DNA of 64,000 nucleotides. Source: Chiloscyllium plagiosum (taxonomy: Eukaryota). Positions 13,440 to 23,889 of this stretch are shown piece after piece. The position numbers and the translations under genes were made by a program. The notes beneath the pieces are model-generated. The model was not told the DNA's origin. It made no database searches and was given only the letters and a program-made list of their open reading frames with translations. Every line of letters starts with the position of its first letter. Within the stretch, counting starts at the first letter, position 1. The stretch lies in NCBI RefSeq assembly GCF_004010195.1, contig NC_057720.1:20649839-20713838 (forward strand), in the 5' to 3' direction.

Positions 13440-13793
13440 CTGAAAAGTTTGAGTGATAAGGAGAGGCTGAATATGCTGGGACTTTTTTCTCTGGAGCATA
13501 GGAGGTTGAGGGGTGACCTTGTAGAGGTCTACAAAATCATAGGAAGCACAGATCGAGTGGATAGCCAACAGCTTTTCCCCACAGTACTAGAGTCTAAAAC
13601 TGGAAGGCATGGGTTTAACGTGAGAGGGGAGAGACACAAAAGGGTCCACAGGGATAATTATTTCACACAGACCAGGGTGGTGAGTGTCTGGACAGGCTGC
13701 CAGAGGTAGTGGTGGAGGGGAGTACAATTTTGTCATTTAAGAAACATTTGGACATAGACATGGATGAGATAAGGTTGGTGAGATATGGACCAG

Positions 13794-13896
13794 GTAAAAA
13801 GGAATTCCTGATGAAGGGCTTTTGCCCAAAACGTCGATTTTACTGCTCCTTGGATGCTGCCTGAACTGCTGTGCTCTTCCAGCACCACTAATCCGG
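13794..13896 (+). mobile_element. Short PLE-derived insertion with 12-bp TSD (hammerhead core mutated)
   Basis: TSD gatatggaccag at 13782-13793 and 13897-13908; CTGATGAAGGGCTTTTGCCCAAAACGTC. Confidence 0.8.
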
Positions 13897-14139
13897 GATA
13901 TGGACCAGTGCAGGCAAATGGGACTGGATTAATTGTAAACACTGTTCGACATGGACAAGTTGGGTCGAAGGGCCTGTTTCCATACTGTAAACTTCTTTGG
14001 CTTTAACCTGCTGCATTCTTCTTCAGTAGGATGTTTTGGATCATTTTTAAAGCTAATCAGAGAAAGATTACTTTATAGGCCCCTGGGATTGCAATTTATT
14101 TATATCACCAATAACAATCTAGAACCTGAAGGCCAGACT

Positions 14140-14300
14140 ATTACAGCCCTGAGGGAATGTCACATTCTCCGAAGTGTCTGCTTCAAGTGAGGAATTGAAA
14201 CTGTCTGTAGTATTTCAGGTAAATTTTAGAAATTACTACGACATAATTTAGGGAAGACACATGTTTGCCAGTTATCCTGGCTTTTGTTTTTGCTCTTAAT
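14140..14300 (+). mobile_element. Possible ancient DeuSINE-like central-domain remnant
   Basis: Patchy resemblance to the Deu-domain consensus as recalled (gaggga.tg..cac...cgaa.gtg...tgag...ttcaggt...tcctggc); not aligned computationally. Confidence 0.3.
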
Positions 14301-14574
14301 TAAGACTGGTTCCACAATGATCCTGCTCTTAACCAAAACCTTCTTGATTGTGTTTCCTGGATAGTTGACAGAGATATGTCAGTAATGGCGAGCCCTTCCC
14401 TTGCTAACTCATGTTAAATGTAGCAATTCAAGTGCTGTCTCAGACTGAGATCAACTAACTCAACAAAAACCAAAGAGGTGTGGGGGTGAATATTGGAAGG
14501 TTTGTAGGGTGTCAAATCAGTAACTCTTCATGATCAGAAGTGATTCCACTGGATAAATCCACTTTGCAATTAAA

Positions 14575-15193
14575 CATAGTTAAAAATCACGCAACACCAG
14601 GTTATAGTGCAACAGGTTTATTTGGAAGCACTAGCTTTTGGAGTGCTGCTCCTTATTAAGGTTGCTGTGGAACAGGATCTTAAGACACAGAATTTATAGC
14701 TTTTGCTATAAATTGTGTCTTATGATCCCATTCCACAACCACCTGATGAAGGAGCAGTGGCACTCCGAAAGTTAGTGATTCCAAATAAACCTGTTGCACT
14801 ATAACCTAGTTTTTTTTTTTAGATTTAGATTGACTACAGTATGGAAACAGGCCCTTTGGCTCAACACATCCACACCGATCCTCAGAAGAGTAACCCACCT
14901 AGACCCTATATTTACCCCTGAGTAAGGCACCTAACACTATGGGTAATTTAGCTTGGCCAATTCACCTGACCTGCACATCTTTGGATTGTGGGAGAAAACC
15001 AGAGCACCCAGAGGAAATCCATGCAGACAAGGGGAGAATGTGCAAACGCCACACAGACTGTCGCTCAAGCAGGAATCAAACCCATGTCCCTGGCGCTGTG
15101 AGACAGCAGTGCTAACCACTGAGCCACCCTGCTGCCTGGTGTTGTGTGATTTTTAACTTTGTCCACCCAGTCCAACACCGGTTCCTCCACATC
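14575..15193. mobile_element. Palindromic PLE pseudo-LTR insertion (9-bp TSD), later interrupted by a SINE
   Basis: Arms mirror around tatagc-tttt-gctata (~14695-14710). TSD gcaattaaa at 14566-14574 and 15194-15202. Hammerhead-like core starts at 14743. Confidence 0.78.
14811..15134 (-). mobile_element. HE1/V-SINE-like tRNA-derived SINE
   Basis: tRNA-like head (ggtggctcagtggttagcactgctg), tgtggcgtttgcacattctcccc core, CR1-like tail. Confidence 0.85.
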
Positions 15194-15567
15194 GCAATTA
15201 AAAATGTGAAGTGATGTTTCCAATGAGTTTAGTTTCCACAGATTTACTGTAAAAGCTCACATGGAAAAATGGCCATTTCAGTGAGGTACAACCAGCTAGC
15301 TATGATCCAATAAGGAGAAAATGAATTGGCCAATAAAACCTTTAGATTAGATTATTTACAGTGTGGAAACAGGCCCTTCGGCCCAACGAGTCCACACCGA
15401 CCCGCCGAAGCGCAACCCACCCAGACTCATTCCCTTACATTTACCCCTTCACCTAACACTACGGGCAATTCACCTAACCTGCACATTTTTGGACTGTGGG
15501 AGGAAACCGGAGCAAACCCACGCAGACACGGGGAGAATGTGCAAACAGACAGTTGCCTGAGGCAGGA

Positions 15568-15713
15568 TCTGGATCTGCTTTATTCCTGATGAAGGGCTTT
15601 TGCCCGAAATATCGATTTCGCTGCTCCTTGGATGCTGCCTGAACTGCTGTGCTCTTCCAGCACCACTAATCCAGAATCTGGTTTCCAGCATCTGTAGTCA
15701 TTGTTTTTACCCA
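15568..15713 (+). mobile_element. Short PLE-derived insertion inside the SINE, 12-bp TSD
   Basis: TSD cctgaggcagga at 15556-15567 and 15714-15725; CTGATGAAGGGCTTTTGCCCGAAA from 15586. Confidence 0.8.
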
Positions 15714-15830
15714 CCTGAGGCAGGAATTGAACCCTGGTCTCTAGCGCTGCGAGGCAGCAGTGCTAACCACCGTGCAGCCCCTTTCTTTTAAATTAAAAAT
15801 CATGTCTTAAGATTTGGAGAATCAAAATCG

Positions 15831-15938
15831 TTAGAGTGCTTGGTATCCAGCATAGCTTCTTCTTCTACCGATCACATAAGCAATCACAACAATCACAATT
15901 AAGCCAGCCAGAGCAGCACCAACTATAATAGGGATAAG
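15831..15938 (-). pseudogene. LAMP2: Retroposed fragment of a LAMP-family terminal exon, most like LAMP-2B (TM helix + GYxxL lysosomal tail)
   Basis: [35 protein letters not shown], versus recalled human LAMP-2[36 protein letters not shown]. No luminal-domain exons or native acceptor nearby. Confidence 0.85.
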
Positions 15939-16079
15939 GACACGGGGAGAATGTGCAAACTCCACACAAACCTTGTTATGCAAAATCATCTTTGGTGAAA
16001 TAGTCATCTTCAGTGAATAGCAGAACTTTGCATGATGTTTGTCTAAGTAACATATGTCAATATGTTTTGTTCTTTTCAG

Positions 16080-16316
16080 GTATTTGTAGTGTGTTTCACA
16101 GTCTTTGGAGGCCTCATGGCATTTAACTACAATCGTGATCTGAATGTTTGGGTAGTCCCACTTATAATGGTGTCCTTTTTTGCCTATTTGATGGCACACT
16201 GCTTCTTGTCTGTGTTTGAAATGGTGGTGGATGTCTTGTTCATGTGTTATGCTGTTGATCTGGCAACAAACGATGGGTCAACTGAAAAGCCTTACTTCAT
16301 GGACAAGGAGTTAATG
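16080..16316 (+). CDS. SLC44A3: SLC44A3 internal coding exon (237 nt)
   Basis: ttttcag|[17 protein letters not shown]...[41 protein letters not shown]|gtgagt; conserved CTL NDGS.EKPYFM motif. Confidence 0.93.
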
Positions 16317-18527
16317 GTGAGTATTACAGACAAATTTCCACTTTCTCATTCTGGAATAAGTCAAAGTGGGGTTGGAGATGAAGCAGGGCAAGGGGAGTTA
16401 TATTGTGTTCTTCTGCAGCATTCAAAACCTAAAGGTGCCAGGTGAATTCTGACTCGAAAGTCCCTAAAACAGCTGGGAAAATCTAATGATCAGGGTAACT
16501 CATCAGAGAAAAACCAGCAACATGCACAACCGTCAGAATTTCTGTGGAACTGTTCCTCCAATCACAAGTCCTTTCTCTCCTACACTAGTTGCTGATAGAG
16601 GTGGAGAAAGAAGGGGAAGAAAGAGAGGCTTGCAAAAGAGAGAGGACAGTTTTAAATCGATCAACAAAGAAATACTGAGCTAACTAGGAACTGGTGAAAC
16701 TGTAATTCAGTGAAGTAATTATTTCCTTGCAAAGAAATGTGGAGGCTCCAGTTTTCAGAAGCTACAATATCGGAAAATCATGATGTGGATGCTATTATAA
16801 CGAACACTCTTGATTGTTAAGTTTAAATGTGAAATTGAGATTGAGATGTAGAAGGATAGTAACTGGCTAAAATTTTACAACTTTGTCCATAAGCTGTTGG
16901 AGTGCATTAATTGTGACCTCACTGATTGCTAGAAGAATTGTCTACGGTAATGGGTATTTGTATACTGAAGTGTGTCAGTTATTTCAGTATTCTGTACAGA
17001 TACTCAGTCCCAGTGCAGTAATACTTTTATGTTAGCCAGTTAAGTAAAACAAAACTATAAACCCTTTTTAGTTCAGATGGCTTGAATTCCTTTTCAAGTC
17101 TCATGTTCTAAAATATATTATCCAGTTTTGATGGCCTTAACCCTGTTTTAATTTCTGTCAGCTTGAAGACTTCACCAATGACCTGCTGTTCTGCACAGCT
17201 GCAATTATTCTTTTGAACTGAAAACCAGATTATCCTGAACAAGTATTTGTATCACAACTTAAACTCCTAGTGGCTACGATGTATGTCATAAAAGGTCAAG
17301 TTCCAGGATATCGATGTAGAAGTTCCTGAGGGCAGTGTTCTAGATCCAACTGCCTTTGGATACTCATCAATGACCTTGCCTCCTTTATATGGTCAGAAGT
17401 GGTGATGTTTGCTGTTGATTGTGCAATATTCAGCACCATTCGCTACTCCACAGATGATGAGGCAGTTCATGCTTGGTGTAGCAAGTTCTGGACAATATCC
17501 AGGTTTGGGCTGACAAGTAATATAGTCAATGACTAGCACTTGTGGCTATGTCCAATGAGAAGCAAATTTCCAAGTCATCTCCCTAATAGACTTCTTCAGC
17601 TGCTGTCTAATGTTTTAAGCCTGAGATCCAGGATCGTGTAGCGTCTCAGCCTTTCCTACTACTTTTTATTCCAACACCCTCTGAGGCGAGTTTAAATTTC
17701 TTGCATGTCAACATAAATACAAAAGGTATTGCTACTAATTGATTACATAGCCTAATACGTTCATAAGAATGAAAAAGGAGCCCCAATTACCAAATGGTAG
17801 CCCCTACAAAATCTCTCAAAATACCCATAATCTGTGTTCAAATATTAACTTGCTATTCAAAACCATTATGCATTCACAAATCGAATGCAATGTAACATCG
17901 TAAATGTTGCACTTTAGAAAGGCATATTGTATGGCAACATTGAGAGCTCACAAACATCCAGTTATAATTTCATGAAATGTTAGTTCACCTCAACTTGAAA
18001 TTGCTTGGATTTTTAATAAGTGCAAAAGCTAATTTTCCTGTAGCTGTCTGGATTCCTTCCAGATGAGCATATTAAGAATGATCAGACCAGCTGTATGTGT
18101 AAACACTGACTTACTACTTCAATAACTCAAAGAAACAAACAAAGTTACTGTGCTATGAACTGTAACTAATGACCGGCACTTAGCTCATGCTCATGAATTT
18201 GAGGAATGAGAGACTTTCTGGGGCAAGGCATCCTATCAGCAACTTTGCTGAAGTTGCTTTTTATTAAATGATTGATTTATGCCCTGCAGGATAGTCCTCA
18301 GGACCTTGAAATATTTGTGTTGGTTTTCTGCAAGGAAAAGAGATGTCAGGGGTGAAGGCCCATTTAATAATTGAGCAGCTGCATTGAGTGTGTTTGTGTA
18401 TGTGTCTGGTCATCATGCTGCTACAACAATTACATGTTTATTTTGTCATGTTATAAGCATGAAATAATCTATATGTATTAATTGTTCTAAGAACTCCATT
18501 TTTTCTAATTCTTTTACTGCTTTCTAG

Positions 18528-18626
18528 GAATTTATAGGCAAAAGCAATCAAAAGTATAAGAGGATTGATCGAAATAACAAAGACAACCTGGAAAATAATC
18601 AAAATGCAACACAACTACTGCCAATG
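18528..18626 (+). CDS. SLC44A3: SLC44A3 penultimate (or read-through terminal) coding exon (99 nt)
   Basis: cttttactgctttctag|EFIGKSNQKYKRIDRNNKDNLENNQNATQLLPM|gttagt; phase 0; resembles the CTL1 tail EF...ELKPM. Confidence 0.8.
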
Positions 18627-19925
18627 GTTAGTGTAGCAAATTGTTCCAGAGTATGTTAAACTGCTGTACTGACATTTCACTTCCAAATCCTCTCACATGA
18701 TGTATGTTGTATATTCCATGTATTTAAAATATTATAGAAGAGGTGGATAAAAATTTTATCTGTCACTAAACAGCAGTTACATTCCTGCGTTTGTGCTTTA
18801 AGTTATGGATATCCATGCTTTACATGTTATAGACTAAGTTTGCACAAGAGAACTGAAGTATTTAAATTGACAGTTTGAAGGTAGGGGCTCATCCTGTCCA
18901 TTCTACAAAGAGCTGATGGGTTTTCATTTGTGCTGTTAGCAATGGGCTTCCAATACGGAACTCAACAACTTGCATTTTTGTAGCAACTTTTCTATAGGAG
19001 ATGGTTAGGCTATTCAGCTACTTTAAATGGAGAGATCAAAGAGGAGTAGTAAATGACAATCACAAGAAATGAAATTGGGGACTTCAACCAAGGCTGTTCT
19101 GCTGGTGTAGGAGAATTAGAATTGTTCGGAAGGGATTTAGATGGGAAATTATGGGTAGCAATGGCACACAAAACCCTAAGAGAATGGAACATTAGACCTG
19201 GAGCACAAGGTGGAAAGATAGCGGATGGGCTTCTTGAGAATAGTAGCTGTAAAACATCAACATTAGGGAAAACAAAGGATCCAGAGTTGGTTTTTAGGGA
19301 AGAAGATTCTAACAGGAGTGTGAAGTTCATATGCAAGAAACTACAGACTTTTTTTTTAAGAAGTCAGGATTAGGAATAAAAGGGAAGGTGGAGTGACTGG
19401 AAAAATATATAAGCCCCTCATACTTTATGTTGCAGGTGAGGATGGAGATATTTCGTTAAGATTCTGCAATTGTGCTTGATCTCCAGGGTAACGCTCAGTA
19501 GTGAGTTGTATGCTGTTATTTGAGATGGGCAAACCACATTTGACTGAACAATCAAGCTAATCAAATTCCAGGTGCACTCTAGTCTGCAGCCCTCAGATAT
19601 GTATGTGAGCAAAGTTCAATGTGGATGGGTATGTTTAACCATCAATGTACAGAATTGGGGACATTGCTTAACAGCTCAAAAGCATTAAACAATTTATACA
19701 GCAAAAATTGAATGTAGTCCAGCCAGGAATTTCTGGTTACCTGCCCAGTAGAATCAATAGGAGAAAGGCATAGCCGATGGAGTAGTTTGCAAATGAAAAG
19801 TCACGCTAACTTAGGAAATCCCGCCCTTGCCATGTTAAAATATTCATTTAGCATAAATATTTTATTGTGTAGTTCCAAACATCACACCTACAGATTAAAA
19901 CTACAGTTTTTTTTTCTATTTACAG

Positions 19926-19943
19926 GGCACAAATACAGCTTGA
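19926..19943 (+). CDS. SLC44A3: Probable SLC44A3 terminal coding exon (GTNTA*) followed by 3' UTR
   Basis: Strong acceptor ttttttttctatttacag|GGC ACA AAT ACA GCT TGA, in phase 0. Confidence 0.55.
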   Translation, partial: GTNTA

Positions 19944-20394
19944 TGTGTCTTCATTAAATTGGGAATCAACATCTTCATTTGCTGCAAGCTAAATGGAGAA
20001 CTCCTATCAATTGTCTGGTCAACACAGATGTATTTTGATACATTTTGAGCAACAATTTTTTTTAGAATGTTTTGTTGTTGAATCTGTCATCAGATGCTAT
20101 AACATCCATATTCCTTTCACAAACTGAACTGTAAGCTATGCAGGGGCTAATATAAAACAGAATTCCTTATGTTCCCAGATAACTCCCGATGATATTAGCT
20201 CTAGGTTGGTTCCAAATGTTTCTCCAACATCCATTTGCTGTCTTGTTAAACGATCGGGGAGAGTTTCAATGCTAACATCTATCTTCAGGGAAAATGAATA
20301 TACTGAATGAAAATGTTCTCTTTGAAGAATATTTTTAAAATGTGTTGTTAATTGAGCTAACATATCTATGGATTGATTTCAAATATAGGGTAAG

Positions 20395-20700
20395 AATGGC
20401 CTTGTGATATTATCACTACGCTATACTATTAGAGACCGAGGTAATGTTCTTGGAACTCGAGTTCAAATCCAACTATTGACAATAATAATCTGGAAATAAG
20501 TTTCATGATGATCATGAAAAACCCATCTGGTTCACTAATGTCCTTTAGGGAAAGAAATCTGCCATCCTTACCTGGACTGGTCCACATGTGACTCCAGACC
20601 CACAGAAATTGACTCCTATCTGTCCTTTGGGAAATTAGGAATAGGCAATAAATTCTGGACCAGCTAGTGATACCCACATGCCATGAATGAATATAAAAAA
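20395..20700 (+). mobile_element. Second tRNA-headed SINE family (related copy ~28260-28510) with a LINE-shared 3' tail
   Basis: gagttcaaatcc B-box; shared aaaacccatctggttcactaat core; tail ggcaataaa...cccacat...tgaatgaat resembles LINE ends at ~47553 and ~54300. Confidence 0.6.
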
Positions 20701-23054
20701 GAACATGGATTATCCTATTAAATACATAAATGCTTTCATTACTCACTATTTCAAAAAAAATCCAAGAAATAAGACTTCTGACTTCAATGTTTAAAAAAGT
20801 TGTTTTGAAAGTTGTAAGATTAACATTGAAGTCTTTGTATCTGTAATATAATATTGTAATAAAATATTAACATTACTTTCTGATCCCTTCTAACCCTATG
20901 AACATCACCACTCTCCCACACCTCCTGGTCAGGTGAATGCTCAAGTCTTGAATCCCTGTTTGAGCTGTAGCAGCGCGCTTTTTTTTTGTCCTGTGTGAAG
21001 GGAGGAAATACATACAAAGGGTGGTAGAGGTTTAGAACTCTTTTCCACAAATGGCTGTTGATGCTAAATCAGTGGTTAATTTTAAATCTGAGATATATTT
21101 TTGTTAAGTAAGAGGTATTATGCGAAATGGGCCAAAGGTAGGTATACTGTTGGACTACAGATCAGCCACAATCTGTGAATAGCAAAACAGACTCAAGGGG
21201 CTGAATAGCCTAATCCTGTTCTTACATTTCCTATGAGATTAACATGAAGAACTTGTAACAGCCTTGACCTGCTGTGCAAAATGGTACGTCTGTACTGTGA
21301 ATTGTGTGTAATTCAAACTTAAAGACACTAATGTTAAATTGACATCAAACCTATGTGCTTACTAGTCCTAAACAAGAAAGTAATACATTTGGTGAGATGT
21401 AGACATTAAAGATTTTTCCACTTATAAAACTGCCTTAGGTACTAATACTTAATGAATGAGTCACTTCTATTTGTTTGTCTACATTACAAATAATTTCACT
21501 CAATTGAGCAGAAGCGCTTTCCTAGATTGAGTAACCCAATGTTAGCCATTTTGTATGAATAATTTGAAGATTTTACATTTCATAAACGAAACAATGGATA
21601 AGCCTTTCGTTTCAAAGACGTTACAATTCATGCACTATAAGAGTTCATTTAAGAGATGCAAGTGAGTAATGTATTTTTTTTAGAACCAATTCATACTAAT
21701 TGAATGAAGCCCTTTTTATCATTGAACAGAACAATTTGTTAAAACACTTTGTACTACAGCAAATCTATTTGCAAAATTAAATTTGGGTCATATTAAAAGT
21801 TACCATCATTGCACTGGATGATGAATTGTAAGTTCTTAGAATTTACAAACTAACATTTCAATTCAAATGCCAGTTGGACCAAAGTCAGTCTGCTTTATGC
21901 TGCATATACAAAAGATATAGGGCGAGAGTCTGAATAGGTTGAAAAACACTGTTCTTAAACAGATTTGTTTTAACCATCTCGCAAATTGCATGCATATTAA
22001 TTTCAGATTACATGATATATACAGATTTTTTCAATGGTAAAATCTAAGTGTCCAATCTAATGGAATCCCCAAATAGTATTTTCTAATGGACATGATTCTC
22101 ATTTGTATATATTTGAAAAACAAGATGTAGAAAGCTATTGAAGAGGCTAATGAGAGAACATTCTTGTCCTAGCTCTACTGTTGCAGCAATATTGGTACCC
22201 TGACACTAATTTGCATATCCTTTGTACTCTCAATAACCTATAACATGAAACAGCTATCCCCTAAAGAACACCATCCAAAAAACAATAGCACTGGCTGACT
22301 GTGATGATGATGGTGGTGGTGGACATACAGCAGAAAAGCCCAGGACTAAAGAAAATGATGTACATTTGTTTAATGCTTTTCATGGGTTCAAAGCATCTGA
22401 TGCCAATAAAATGTGATCACTGTTTTAATATAGAAGTCCACGTGCATTTTAAACTAGGACTTTGATCCACTCCATGATGGCTTGGAGCTCAGTTAAACTG
22501 TCCTAGAAAGCTGTAAACACTTAACAATTGATGCATTGTTTAGCCTCATTATTACTAGAACTCAAAGAAAATGGAACTCAATTTTACCACTCTGCCAGCC
22601 ATAATATAGAGTTGGCTGGCTCTCTGCCACTGAGCTATAACAATGCCATGCTGTGTTAAAGAACGTAAAGCATGAATTCAATCATGAAAACATCCAGCAG
22701 CAGAATGCAAGGTCTTAATTAAAATTCCAATATCGCATTTTACAAAAGATACTATTTTAATTCTGATCACTCTATTCATTTAAAGTTTTCTAAGCAGTTT
22801 TAATGAGTATCAGTAAGAAAATTGTGACAAAAGTGTGCTTTGGAAAATATTTTCCCGAAGAAATGTCACAAGAGTATGTAAACTGAAATCCTGTGCATGA
22901 TTCCAACAGCTGCTTTTATTACCATATTACCCACCATACTTTGTTTAGATGGAGTTCCCAATTAAATTACTGATTGACAACGAGTGAGATAAACATCAAA
23001 ACATACAAATGCAATTAATTATGTATTATTTCTGGCTAGAAGTATGTTGCTTCC

Positions 23055-23402
23055 ATAAGACCATAAGACATAGGAGCGGAAGTAATGCCATTCGGCCCAT
23101 CGAGTCCACTCCGCCATTCAATCATGGCTGATGGGCATTTCAACTCCACTTATCCGCATTCTCCCCGTAGCCCTTAATTCATTGTGACATCAAGATTTTA
23201 TCAATCTCTGCCTTGAAGACATTTAGCGTCCCAGCCTCCACTGCACTCTGCGGCAATGAATTCCACAGGCCCACCAGTCTCTGGCTGAATGTCTCCGCGT
23301 TTCTGTTCTGAATTTACCCCTTCTAATTCTAAGGCTGTGTCCACGGGTCCTAGTCTCCTCGCCTAACAGAAACAATTTCCTAGCGTCCACCCTCTCCAAG
23401 CT
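23055..23402 (-). mobile_element. CR1/L2 LINE 3' end
   Basis: ETRTRGHSLRIR motif; ccataaga repeated tail at 23053-23070. Confidence 0.75.
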
Positions 23403-23889
23403 TCCTTCTGATTTTGTAGGAGACAACAGTAATATTGAGAAATTAATGACTATAGTACGCATTATTTAATTCCATTTGAGACTCTTCAGATAATGAAACC
23501 ATCCATGCAAGATCACATGGACTGCAGTAATCTTTGGAGCCAGGATACCATCACTTTGTCAAGGAGAGCTAGAGTTGGGCAATTGGAGACCAGGAGTGTG
23601 TATGATGTGAATAACTGGGGCTCATCATTTTGATAGAGCTGGGCACAAGCAATACCGCCCTCAATATGTTTGCCAAAAAAAACCCCAGCCTGGGCCTTGC
23701 GCTTAGGGACAAAGTTCAACTCCTGAAATGTGGTTGTCCAAGAATAAGAATCCAAGTCTCTGTTTTGACAGAATGCATTCTGGATGATATATCATCCTGG
23801 GTCACACACTGACCCTCCCACACAGGCACTACAGCATTGAAGAATAACATTGAGCAATGTACAAAAGGCCATAATTCAGGATAGGGTAG

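Larger units (their letters stand above)
13092..13990 (+). mobile_element. CR1 3' fragment interrupted by two short PLE-derived insertions
   Basis: ERLNMLGLFSLEHRRLRGDL; CR1 tail ~13960-13990. Confidence 0.8.
15343..15967 (-). mobile_element. Chimeric retroposed insertion: SINE fragment (15939-15967) + LAMP2B-like exon/UTR (15781-15940) + full SINE (15343-15780), 7-bp TSD
   Basis: aaacctt flanks both ends (15336-15342 and 15968-15974); all three parts are in the same (-) orientation. Confidence 0.75.

Noticed and set aside
15831..16199. 122-aa minus-strand ORF as a real LAMP-like gene
   Set aside because: Only the last ~35 codons are LAMP-like. The rest is SINE, intron and the antisense of an SLC44A3 exon, and no luminal-domain exons were found.
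19010..19373. ~107-aa overlapping ORFs in the last SLC44A3 intron
   Set aside because: No recognisable domain or splice context; likely an old repeat remnant.
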